Source: Candidatus Latescibacterota bacterium
Lineage (GTDB): Bacteria; Latescibacterota; UBA2968; GCA-2709665
Direction: 5' to 3'
Length of the DNA: 64,000 nt
NCBI GenBank assembly: GCA_965203805.1
Contig: OZ241917.1
Coordinates: 3,904,001-3,968,000 of the forward strand
The number at the start of each line of letters is the position of its first letter. Position 1 is the stretch's first letter. The translations under genes and the position numbers were made by a program. This document shows, piece after piece, positions 42,374 to 51,545 of this stretch. The notes under the pieces were generated by a model that was given only the letters and a program-made list of their open reading frames with translations, made no database searches and had not been told where the DNA came from.

Positions 42374-43405
42374 ATGAGACGGAATACGTTCTCGCTGATA
42401 TTCGCCGTTCTGGGTATGCTGAGCGTGTACCAGCTTCTGATAGCGCAGTCTCGCAACCCCGATTTCGACGCCAACGGAATCGTGGATTTTGGGGATTTCA
42501 TTTTGTTCGCGCAGGCCTTCGGGTCGAATCAATCCCAATTCGACCTCGATGGCAGCAAAAGGGTGGATTTTCCGGATTTCATCCTCTTTGCCAAGCGCTT
42601 CGGGGAGGGTATGCCTGAAGAGAAGATTACGGTTACGCTTCCGGGAGGCGCAATGCTGGAGATGGTGTGGATCCAACCGGGCAGGTTCCTGATGGGTTCG
42701 CCTCTTACAGAAGGAGAACGAGATGACGACGAGGGTCCCCAACATGAAGTCACGATCACGAAGGGGTACTATCTAGGCAAATACGAAGTGACGCAGGCAC
42801 AGTGGGAAAACGTGGTAAACACACGTCCGTGGCTAGTGGGATCGACTTCCGAGGTAGCAGGGAGAGAAAACTTTCCGGCAAATAGAATGCGCTGGCACGA
42901 AGTCCAGACATTTTTCCAAAGATTGAACGAATTGGAAGGAACTGATGTCTACCGACTACCGACGGAGGCGGAGTGGGAATACGCATGCAGGGCTGGCACC
43001 ACGACTCCGTGGTCATTTGGAGCAGACTCGTCTCGTATTGCCGATTACGCGCGATATTATGAGAACTCCCGTTCGTCAGTCGTCCTTGAAGACGGGCGCA
43101 CAGTCTACGGAAGCCCAGAGGTACAGGAAACCGGGGGCGGATTCCCGAACCCGTGGGGCCTGTACGATATGCACGGGAATGTAAGGGAGCTCGTGCAGGA
43201 TTACTATGGACCGTATTTGGAAGCGCCACAGGTTGATCCCCAAGGGCCCGACGGCCCCTCTGGAAGACGATTTCCACAATACAGTCACGTCGAAAGAGGA
43301 GGTTCTGGTTTCGACCGCCCAGTGGGGATAAGGTCGGCTGCACGATCCCTCGGTTGGATACCCAATGCCTTCACCGGGTTTCGCGTTGTGATGGAACATC
43401 GATAG
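42374..43405 (+). CDS. Exported EF-hand/dockerin-like + FGE/SUMF1 domain protein (copy 3)
   Basis: Same motifs as copy 1. Confidence 0.9.
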   Translation: MRRNTFSLIFAVLGMLSVYQLLIAQSRNPDFDANGIVDFGDFILFAQAFGSNQSQFDLDGSKRVDFPDFILFAKRFGEGMPEEKITVTLPGGAMLEMVWIQPGRFLMGSPLTEGERDDDEGPQHEVTITKGYYLGKYEVTQAQWENVVNTRPWLVGSTSEVAGRENFPANRMRWHEVQTFFQRLNELEGTDVYRLPTEAEWEYACRAGTTTPWSFGADSSRIADYARYYENSRSSVVLEDGRTVYGSPEVQETGGGFPNPWGLYDMHGNVRELVQDYYGPYLEAPQVDPQGPDGPSGRRFPQYSHVERGGSGFDRPVGIRSAARSLGWIPNAFTGFRVVMEHR

Positions 43406-43533
43406 ATCAAGCGACGAAAGATACGAGGTTTCTTCCGGGTTGTCTGCGACGTACAGGGGCGCTCGGCGATTCGAGTCCCGCCCGCGATTCGGTGGCCGTT
43501 TCGGGATAAGCAGTTAAACGGAGCCGTGGAACC

Positions 43534-44565
43534 ATGAAACGAAAGTCGATCACGCTGATATTCGCCGTTGTGGGAATGCTGAGCGTGTACCAGCTTCTGA
43601 TAGCCCAGTCTCGAGATGCCGACTTCGATGCCAACGGAATCGTGGACTTCGGGGATTTCATCCTGTTCGCGCAGGCGTTCGGGTCGGATCAATCTCAATT
43701 CGATCTCGACGGTAGCGGAAGCGTCGATTTTCCGGATTTTATCCTGTTTGCGAAGCAATTTGGTGAGGGTCCGCCGGAAGAGGATATTACAGTGACCCTA
43801 CCTGACGGCGCAAAGCTGGAGATGGTCTGGATCCAACCCGGGAGGTTTCTGATGGGATCGCCCGATTCTGAGTCGGGTCGGTATGACGACGAGGGTCCCC
43901 AGCATGAAGTCACGATCACGAAGGGGTTCTACCTGGGCAAGTACGAAGTCACACGAGCGCAATGGGAGGGAGTCATGCACACACGGCCGTGGGCTTGGGC
44001 CGGCACTTTCGAAGATCCCAAGAAAGCCAAGTATCCAGCCGTCAACGTGGCCTGGCGAGCAGTTGAGACGTTCATTCGTAGATTAAACGAATCGGAAGGA
44101 AGGGAAATTTTCCGATTGCCCACGGAGGCGGAGTGGGAATACGCGTGCAGGGCTGGTACGACAACCCGCTGGTCGTTCGGGGAGGATTCGACCCGTATCG
44201 CGGATTACGCACGTTATAACGAAAACTCGCGGGCCGTGATCGTCAGAGATGACGGTAGCATAGCGTATGGAAGCCCGGAGGCACAGGAGACGGGTAGCGT
44301 CTTTCCGAACCCCTGGGGGCTATACGATATGCACGGGAACGCACGTGAGTGGGTGCAGGATTTCTATGGTCCGTATTCGGCACAGCCCCAAACTGATCCC
44401 ACGGGTCCAGAGTGGCCAACCGAAGGAAACGCACCGCAAGATAGCCACGTCGAGCGAGGGGGAGGATACAACGACCGCCCCGGATCGGTACGGTCTGCTG
44501 TCCGTTATCGCGGCTTGGGGCAGAGTATCCTAACTGGTTTTCGTGTGGTGATGGAACATCGATAG
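43534..44565 (+). CDS. Exported EF-hand/dockerin-like + FGE/SUMF1 domain protein (copy 4)
   Basis: Same motifs as copy 1. Confidence 0.9.
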   Translation: MKRKSITLIFAVVGMLSVYQLLIAQSRDADFDANGIVDFGDFILFAQAFGSDQSQFDLDGSGSVDFPDFILFAKQFGEGPPEEDITVTLPDGAKLEMVWIQPGRFLMGSPDSESGRYDDEGPQHEVTITKGFYLGKYEVTRAQWEGVMHTRPWAWAGTFEDPKKAKYPAVNVAWRAVETFIRRLNESEGREIFRLPTEAEWEYACRAGTTTRWSFGEDSTRIADYARYNENSRAVIVRDDGSIAYGSPEAQETGSVFPNPWGLYDMHGNAREWVQDFYGPYSAQPQTDPTGPEWPTEGNAPQDSHVERGGGYNDRPGSVRSAVRYRGLGQSILTGFRVVMEHR

Positions 44566-44693
44566 ATCAAGCGACGAAAGATACGAGGTTTCTTCCGGGT
44601 TGTCTTCGACGTACAGGGGCGCTCGGAGATTCGAGTCCCGCCCGCGATTCGGTGGCCGTTTCGGGATAAGCAGTTAAACGGAGCCGTGGAGCC

Positions 44694-45734
44694 ATGAAAC
44701 GAAAGTCGATCACGCTGATATTCGCCGTTGTGGGTATGCTGAGCGTGTACCAGCTTCTGATAGCCCAGTCTCGAGATGCCGACTTCGATGCCAACGGAAT
44801 CGTGGATTTTGGGGATTTCATTTTGTTCGCGCAGGCCTTCGGGTCGAATCAATCCCAATTCGACCTCGATGGCAGCAAAAGGGTGGATTTTCCGGATTTC
44901 ATCCTCTTTGCCAAGCGCTTCGGGGAGGGTATGCCTGAAGAGAAGATTACGGTTACGCTTCCGGGAGGCGCAATGCTGGAGATGGTGTGGATCCAACCGG
45001 GCAGGTTCCTGATGGGTTCGCCTCTTACAGAACGAGAACGAGATGACGACGAGGGTCCCCAACATGAAGTCACGATCACGAAGGGGTACTATCTAGGCAA
45101 ATACGAAGTCACGCAGGCGCAGTGGGAGAGCGTGATGCATACCCGGCCTTGGGCGAGGTTCGGAGCATCTGGTGATTCAAAAAAAGCGAACTTTCCGGCT
45201 TTCTACATGGAATGGAGGGAGGTACAGTCGTTTTTACGCAGATTGAACGAGAATGAGGGGAGGGAGGTTTTCCGATTGCCGACGGAGGCGGAGTGGGAAT
45301 ATGCGTGTAGGGCTGGCACGAAAACAACATGGTCGTTTGGAGAAGATGAGAGTCAGCTAGACAGTTACGCGCGCTATTACGAAAACTCACGGAGCGCCAC
45401 GGTTCTGGAGAACGGGATTATCGTGTACGGAAACAGAGAGCCCCAGGAAACAGGCGGCGCTTTTGCGAATCCGTGGGGTCTTTACGATATGCACGGAAAC
45501 GTATGGGAGTGGGTGCAGGATGTTTATGGCACGTATTCGGAACAGGCGCAGACCGATCCAACAGGACCTGATCATCCTTCTCACTCTGAATTGTCCGGGT
45601 ACACATATCCTGACGGATATATAGTTATAAGAGGGGGTTCCTATTTGGATGACGCCCAGGAAGTTCGGTCTGCTGTACGTAGGAGTGGTACACGTAGCCG
45701 CACTGGGTTTCGTGTGCTTATGGAACACCGATAG
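44694..45734 (+). CDS. Exported EF-hand/dockerin-like + FGE/SUMF1 domain protein (copy 5)
   Basis: Same motifs as copy 1. Confidence 0.9.
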   Translation: MKRKSITLIFAVVGMLSVYQLLIAQSRDADFDANGIVDFGDFILFAQAFGSNQSQFDLDGSKRVDFPDFILFAKRFGEGMPEEKITVTLPGGAMLEMVWIQPGRFLMGSPLTERERDDDEGPQHEVTITKGYYLGKYEVTQAQWESVMHTRPWARFGASGDSKKANFPAFYMEWREVQSFLRRLNENEGREVFRLPTEAEWEYACRAGTKTTWSFGEDESQLDSYARYYENSRSATVLENGIIVYGNREPQETGGAFANPWGLYDMHGNVWEWVQDVYGTYSEQAQTDPTGPDHPSHSELSGYTYPDGYIVIRGGSYLDDAQEVRSAVRRSGTRSRTGFRVLMEHR

Positions 45735-45847
45735 ATCGTACGTAGGTGGATACGCGGTCATTCTTAAGCAGATTCTCGTTGGCCAAATGTCCTGAAGTAT
45801 TGTGCTTCAGGATGTTCTTTTCGCAAGTTGTACCCGGGATAGGCCAA

Positions 45848-48800
45848 ATGGCCGATTCGAACATGCAAATCAACCGAAAGACCGCCCGGATGGCTCCCGG
45901 TTCCGGTCTGGCGGTTGTGACGGTATTGCTTGTCGCAACGCTGCTATGCCCTCGGCCCTCCTCGTCAGCGGAGGTTCGCCCCGTGTTGTCTCCAGCCGAC
46001 CGGATGCGCGCCTGGGCCGTCCAACGCGGCGAACGGAGGGCATTGCTGACGGAAATATGGGTGTCGCGAGACGGCGGCGCCAGTCGCGAAAGGATCAGGA
46101 CCTACCCCGGCGCCGCGGGCACCCTGGAATTCCTGCCGGATGCCAGCGCTCTGGTCTATCTCGAACGGAGCCTCAGATATCCCGCCTTCGGATCGTACCT
46201 CGCGGGCGGCCGCACCCTGCCGATTGTCAAGAACCGTATCTGGCTCGTCAACGCCGACGGTTCGGACGAGTCTCGCTGGCCGCTTCCTCCCGAACTCAAT
46301 CCGTCGGACGTTGCCGTCTCGCCTGACGGTAATTTTCTCGCGGTGCGAGGCGAGTGGGACGCCTCGGTGGACTGGGGTCAGCCCGGGCTATGGACGGCGG
46401 ACCGAACGGGAAAGACAACGCAACTCTTGAAACTCAGGACAACCGGCAACCTGCGGTGGTCTCGTGACGGAGCGAAGGTCTACTTCGTCGCGAGCGATAC
46501 GACGCCTGAAGAAATGAAGTTCGTACACGTGGAGACCGGCCTGGTGGACACGGAGACCGCCTCCGAAGTGGCCGGCATTCCTGTTGTCCCCGGGTCGGCG
46601 GCGCCCGGTTTCGACACCACGCTGTCCGCCGGCGAACAGGTCTCGCTGCAGCGGGCGCTTGGCGCGCTTCAAAGAGGATTGATTCGATACAGCCGGATGA
46701 ACTCGGCCGCGCATAGGGCGGACCGGCACAGGGAGAAGGACGCGCGAAAGGCCGTGGAGCGGATGTTCGAGGCTCTCCACAAGCGCCACAAGAAACTCGG
46801 CATCTCTAGAGCAAGTTGCCTTGCGTACGTGGCGACGCTGCGCGAACAGCAACTTCGACCGAAGACCGCCGCAAATGAACGTGTCTGCCTGGAACACATG
46901 CTCGTGTTGAACGACCTGGCGCGCGGGTACGCGAAAAAACACGACGCACTTCCTCCAGGCCACGCCACCCTCCAGGATTGGGTAAAACACAAAGCCGAAA
47001 TGCAGGCTACCAGCGAAGCGGAGCGCGAGAGAGACGCGGAAGTCCTCGACATTCTCTTCAGCTGTCCTGCAATTTCAGAATCGGACCCGCAGGTCAAGTA
47101 TCTCTACAGACCCCAGGCCGCGCCCGGCAGGCCGGTCCTGGCCTGTTTCTGGCATCGGGACCGGTATCTCCACCTGACGGAAACGGCAGACGACCGGCGG
47201 CTTGAAGCCGAGGACATGCGTTCCGATACGGTCGACTCTCTCTTCGCCGTCGTGCTGGAGCACACCCGGGAGGACCGGCTCAAGGAGGCGGCGGCCCTGT
47301 TCCGGCTTGTGGCCGTCCAGCGGCCGAAGGATGCGCCCCTCCACATTGAATTGGGACATGCGTACCACGAGGCGGAAGACTACGAGCGCGCGATGTGGGC
47401 CTTCAAGAAAGCCATCTCGCTACAGGGCGGCGCCAGAGCCTATTACGGGGTGGGCCTGGTGTATGCGGAACTTCCGAAGGAACGCAACCTGGCCATCCAC
47501 TATTTCCAGGAGGCGCTCGCCCGGGACCACGGGTACGTGGACGCCAGATATCAGATCGCCAGAATGCGATACCTGATGAATGAATACGACGTGGGCCGCG
47601 CGGTCGACCGGGTGCTGGAACTCGACCCGAACTACGCGGACGCATTCCGTCTGATGGGCAATTGGCACGCCGACTTCTGGAAGGACTACGAACAGGCCAT
47701 CATCTGGTACACCCGCTACATGGCGCTGCGACCCGGCGATTCCAGCCTTCGCAGCCGGTTGGGCATTGCGTACCTGATGATTGAAGACTACGACAAAATC
47801 ATGGCGAAGTTGCTGGGTTTCGTGGAGCAGAATCCGGATGCGATTGAACTCATGCCCATCGTGGCCCAGGCATCGATGAAACAGGAAAAGCCGGACATGG
47901 CGATGGAGTTTTTTCAGGACTACGTTTCGAAACTCCCCGCCGAAGAGAGGTTATTGTACGAAGATATCCGGCTTGTTTCGTCGTCCGAGGAAATTGATGA
48001 GTATAGAGATACTCCCGAGCCCGAACGCGCCGCGTACCTGAAACGGTTCTGGAACGACCGGGATCCGGACCTGTCCACGCCGGTAAACGAGCGCCTTCTG
48101 GAACATTACCGGCGCGTCTGGCACGCGCTCACGGAGTTCTCGGAGAACAAGCAGCCCTGGGACGTCAGAGGCGAGGTATATATCCGTTTCGGAGAACCGG
48201 ACCACCGGTCCAGGTCGGATCAACCCAACTACCGGCAGAGCCTCGCGGTCCAGCGGGTAAAGGAACGTCTGGCCGCGGGCATCTACGGCGCCGACGCAAT
48301 GGAGGCGACGTTTATGGGGCCGGTCTTTCCCATACGCGGCAAGCGGCGACTGGAAGGGTCCTGGTACGAGTTTCCCGACCCGGAGACGCCGAGATTCAGT
48401 CAGACGGGAGCAGGCGCGTCTGATGCGGGCGGGGGCCAAGAAGGTGGGGGCGATGCCTCTTTTGTGGGCGGCGGGGTGAGCGAAGCTGTACCGTCTGAGG
48501 ACGTCATGGATACGGTTAGGCTGGGAACCCTGCCTATGGACAAACGGCTGGGGTTCGGCAACTACCATCCGGTCACGTCGGGTGAAGACATGAGCACCAT
48601 CCCGTGGGAAACATGGATCTACACGGACGTGGGCGGCGGCATTGAAATCACGTTTACGGACGAATTCGGCGCCGGGACGTACGAATACGCCCCCATGCCG
48701 CCCAACCGGGGGGACATAGAGCTCCGGCAGACCGCAAAGTTGAGAACTCACTCTCCAAGAGAGGTCTACAAGAGAGCCGCGCGAGTAGCACCCAATTACT

Positions 48801-49636
48801 ATGCGCCCGAAGAGGAAGCGCCGCCGCTGGATTTCCACTATTCGCTGGCTGACTTCAAGGGCGAAGATGGCCGCAGCCTCCTGGAAATCTACTACGGCGT
48901 CCCTATCCTCCCTGCCCACTACAATTCGGAAGAGGACGTGACGCGGCAGGTACTCACGCATCACGCAGCGCTGATTTCATCGTCGCTGGACACGGTCTAC
49001 CGGCAATCGGACGGGATGACCTACGAAGCCGCCGGCAACCTGGCCGGAGAGGGTATCCAGGTCCCCGGTGTGCTGAAGCTGAACCTGCCGCCCGGCGCCT
49101 ACCGGCTGGAGGTGAGGTCGCAGGACCGGCTCAGGGGCCGCGCGGGCGCCTATCGACAGCACGTTGTCGTGGAGCCGTACGGCGACGATCGGCTGCAGAT
49201 GAGCGACCTGGAACTGGCCTGGCGGGTCGTCCGTGACGAAGGTGACGTCAGGTTTACGAAGGGCGATCTGTACGTCGTGCCGATGCCATCCCGAACCTAT
49301 AAAAAGGGACAGAGCGTCTTCGTCTACTACGAAATCTATAACCTGGCGAAGGACGAGTTCGGGCAGACGGATTACAATGTTTCATATACGATCACGTCCG
49401 CGGACGCACCCGTCACAATGAGCAACATCTCGCGCCTGTTCCGGTGGGATAGCGGCAAGAGAGAAGAACTGGCCGTCACGTACGAACAGCAGGGGGAGAC
49501 CGCGAAGGAAGTCGAATACGTCGAATTGGACCTCGCCGAGCAGATACCGGGTCGATATACGCTGAAGGTAACGATCAACGACAGGAACAGCGGCCAATTG
49601 GCGGAGAAAGACGCGGTCTTCGTCATTGCGCGATAG
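45848..49636 (+). CDS. Large GWxTD-like protein, paralog of 32890-36636
   Basis: Signal, VSPDG/WSRDG blades, C..CP..CFWH, TPRs, PWDVRGEVYIRFGEPD. The start is uncertain (45848-45890). Confidence 0.85.
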   Translation: MADSNMQINRKTARMAPGSGLAVVTVLLVATLLCPRPSSSAEVRPVLSPADRMRAWAVQRGERRALLTEIWVSRDGGASRERIRTYPGAAGTLEFLPDASALVYLERSLRYPAFGSYLAGGRTLPIVKNRIWLVNADGSDESRWPLPPELNPSDVAVSPDGNFLAVRGEWDASVDWGQPGLWTADRTGKTTQLLKLRTTGNLRWSRDGAKVYFVASDTTPEEMKFVHVETGLVDTETASEVAGIPVVPGSAAPGFDTTLSAGEQVSLQRALGALQRGLIRYSRMNSAAHRADRHREKDARKAVERMFEALHKRHKKLGISRASCLAYVATLREQQLRPKTAANERVCLEHMLVLNDLARGYAKKHDALPPGHATLQDWVKHKAEMQATSEAERERDAEVLDILFSCPAISESDPQVKYLYRPQAAPGRPVLACFWHRDRYLHLTETADDRRLEAEDMRSDTVDSLFAVVLEHTREDRLKEAAALFRLVAVQRPKDAPLHIELGHAYHEAEDYERAMWAFKKAISLQGGARAYYGVGLVYAELPKERNLAIHYFQEALARDHGYVDARYQIARMRYLMNEYDVGRAVDRVLELDPNYADAFRLMGNWHADFWKDYEQAIIWYTRYMALRPGDSSLRSRLGIAYLMIEDYDKIMAKLLGFVEQNPDAIELMPIVAQASMKQEKPDMAMEFFQDYVSKLPAEERLLYEDIRLVSSSEEIDEYRDTPEPERAAYLKRFWNDRDPDLSTPVNERLLEHYRRVWHALTEFSENKQPWDVRGEVYIRFGEPDHRSRSDQPNYRQSLAVQRVKERLAAGIYGADAMEATFMGPVFPIRGKRRLEGSWYEFPDPETPRFSQTGAGASDAGGGQEGGGDASFVGGGVSEAVPSEDVMDTVRLGTLPMDKRLGFGNYHPVTSGEDMSTIPWETWIYTDVGGGIEITFTDEFGAGTYEYAPMPPNRGDIELRQTAKLRTHSPREVYKRAARVAPNYYAPEEEAPPLDFHYSLADFKGEDGRSLLEIYYGVPILPAHYNSEEDVTRQVLTHHAALISSSLDTVYRQSDGMTYEAAGNLAGEGIQVPGVLKLNLPPGAYRLEVRSQDRLRGRAGAYRQHVVVEPYGDDRLQMSDLELAWRVVRDEGDVRFTKGDLYVVPMPSRTYKKGQSVFVYYEIYNLAKDEFGQTDYNVSYTITSADAPVTMSNISRLFRWDSGKREELAVTYEQQGETAKEVEYVELDLAEQIPGRYTLKVTINDRNSGQLAEKDAVFVIAR

Positions 49637-49740
49637 GATTGTCGATTTAGTGAAGGTCGATGGAAGTGCCGCGGTGTTCAACCACAGGTTGCCAAACCGT
49701 ATTCCAGAGTCTGAGATCAGCAGACGACGTGAGGCAGAAG

Positions 49741-51300
49741 ATGGGTCATCTAAAACGACACAGGGCATGGGGTTTCAATATCTGGCTGATCATAATAATC
49801 GGCGCCTGCGCCAGCTGCAGCGACAAGGGTACGCCACAGGGCCCGGCGCCATCCCAGGGCCCGGCTCAGTCGAGCACGTCTATCAGTCTCTCCCTCGGCG
49901 ATGTCAATCTGACGATGCGGGAAATTGTCTCACAGCACGATGACATGCGGGCGCTGCGACCCGCAGTGGATATTGCACAGGACATCCGGGTGACTCTGCA
50001 GGATAGCCTCATGATCTTTCCGCTTCCGGATTCGGGTTGGGGAGGCAGGCAGGAAAGTACGGGGTGGACGACGTCGTTTGTTACGATCAAATTAAAGCCT
50101 ACCCGGCTCGAAGTCGTCGAGACTCAGATCTTATCAGGGGAAATGCGTTTTGACATGCACAACAATATGCCGGAAAACGTACGGATAAAGCTGTATTTCG
50201 ATGACATCAAAAGGAACGAGGTCATAAACGTGTCCGATGTCATTCCTGCCAACTCCGTCAAGACTGTTCGATTACCCTTGGGAGGGACTGTCTTCAGACC
50301 TCAATTGAGTTCCAGCGGAAGCGATTTCATTAACAACATTTCAGGAAATATGGACGTAGAAACGACAGGCCTTCGTCTGCTCAGCGAACGGATGGTGGAT
50401 TGGTACTACGTTCCATCTCCAATCGCATTCAATACGCTGACGGGCCGTATCGTCGATATGCGAATCCCGTTTCAAACCGGACCTGTAGAGGTCTCGTTGC
50501 CACCGGACTTCCAGGGGATACAGTCTGCGACACTCGAGATCAATCTCGCCAATGGAATTATATTCTCGAAGGAATTGAACTTGACCCTTGTTGCTCGCGA
50601 GGATACGACCGGCGGGAGGTCCATGTCCCTGGATTTGCCCGAGGAACTTCGCCCACTCGTCGAAGGAAACCCCGATAATCCCGTGCTTGCGTCGCTTCGT
50701 CTCGACGAAACGAACTCCAACATTGTTGAGTTGCTTAACCTGAAGCCTGAAGTCATTGAAATCAACGGAGACATTCTCCTGGGCGGTGTCAGCCAGTCGG
50801 CGGTAAGGCGGACGGACGGCATCGATATTCAGGTGGCCATTCGCTCGCCGCTGGAAGCCGCATTCGAGGAACATACAGCAGTCTCCGAACCGAAAAACAT
50901 CAGTGTCAACACAGTCACCAGAGGAAGAATCGCGAAAGCCACGGTTGGAACACTCACTCTGGATTTCGCCAATGGTCTGCCCATTGGTGTCGGAGTCCGT
51001 GTTCTTTTGGGCACAGACGCCGAACGGCTCCTGGAGTCTCCGGCATTGAGGGTCCCTCGTGAGGGCGACATTACCGTTGGCGCGGCGCCGGTTGACGCTG
51101 CCACTGGCCTGGTCAGAGAACCCGCGGTTCACAGCGAACAGGTGACGCTCACGGCGGCAGAGGCGGCTTTGTTTTCCAGGTCGGGCCTCAAATCCCTGAT
51201 GGTGATCAAGACGGGATCCACGAACGGCCGCAAAATTCGCATCGTGGATAGCGATGCCGTCAAGATGTCTGTTCAGGCCAGGATACAAGTCACCGAATAG
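49741..51300 (+). CDS. Hypothetical beta-rich lipoprotein
   Basis: Basic N-region, IWLIIIIGACASC lipobox-like, Pro/Ser linker, beta-strand-rich body. Confidence 0.65.
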   Translation: MGHLKRHRAWGFNIWLIIIIGACASCSDKGTPQGPAPSQGPAQSSTSISLSLGDVNLTMREIVSQHDDMRALRPAVDIAQDIRVTLQDSLMIFPLPDSGWGGRQESTGWTTSFVTIKLKPTRLEVVETQILSGEMRFDMHNNMPENVRIKLYFDDIKRNEVINVSDVIPANSVKTVRLPLGGTVFRPQLSSSGSDFINNISGNMDVETTGLRLLSERMVDWYYVPSPIAFNTLTGRIVDMRIPFQTGPVEVSLPPDFQGIQSATLEINLANGIIFSKELNLTLVAREDTTGGRSMSLDLPEELRPLVEGNPDNPVLASLRLDETNSNIVELLNLKPEVIEINGDILLGGVSQSAVRRTDGIDIQVAIRSPLEAAFEEHTAVSEPKNISVNTVTRGRIAKATVGTLTLDFANGLPIGVGVRVLLGTDAERLLESPALRVPREGDITVGAAPVDAATGLVREPAVHSEQVTLTAAEAALFSRSGLKSLMVIKTGSTNGRKIRIVDSDAVKMSVQARIQVTE

Positions 51301-51449
51301 CAATCGCGGGAATGCGCAAACCGCAAACAGATTTGCAGAGAATTCTTGTAGCAGGAAGTAGGCCGGAAAACCCATTCCAGGTCTGCTTTGAGGACGGAGT
51401 ACATATTACAGAGAGCACTCTGCAGTTTACACTATTACACACCCTGGCT

Positions 51450-51530
51450 CCCTGAGCCGCTCCCTGAGCTTGTCGAAGGGTCGGCGAAGGGTCAAAAAAG
51501 CACCGAAACACGGGTGCCTCGACAAGCTCA
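51450..51530. repeat. REP-like palindromic cluster (CCCTGAGCTTGTCGAAGGG / TCGACAAGCTCA)
   Basis: An inverted pair, with one unit nested within CCCTGAGCCG...CGGCGAAGGG. Confidence 0.75.
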
Positions 51531-51545
51531 TCTAACGGAGGGTCT

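Noticed and set aside
42245-44693. Integron attC sites in the FGE spacers (GTTAAGC/GTTAAAC match GTTRRRY)
   Set aside because: No complementary RYYYAAC box after the stop codons, no long imperfect palindrome, no integrase.
39939-45734. Diversity-generating retroelement acting on the FGE C-termini
   Set aside because: No reverse transcriptase or template repeat in the window. Differences among copies include indels and synonymous changes at all bases rather than an adenine-specific pattern. A remote DGR is not excluded.
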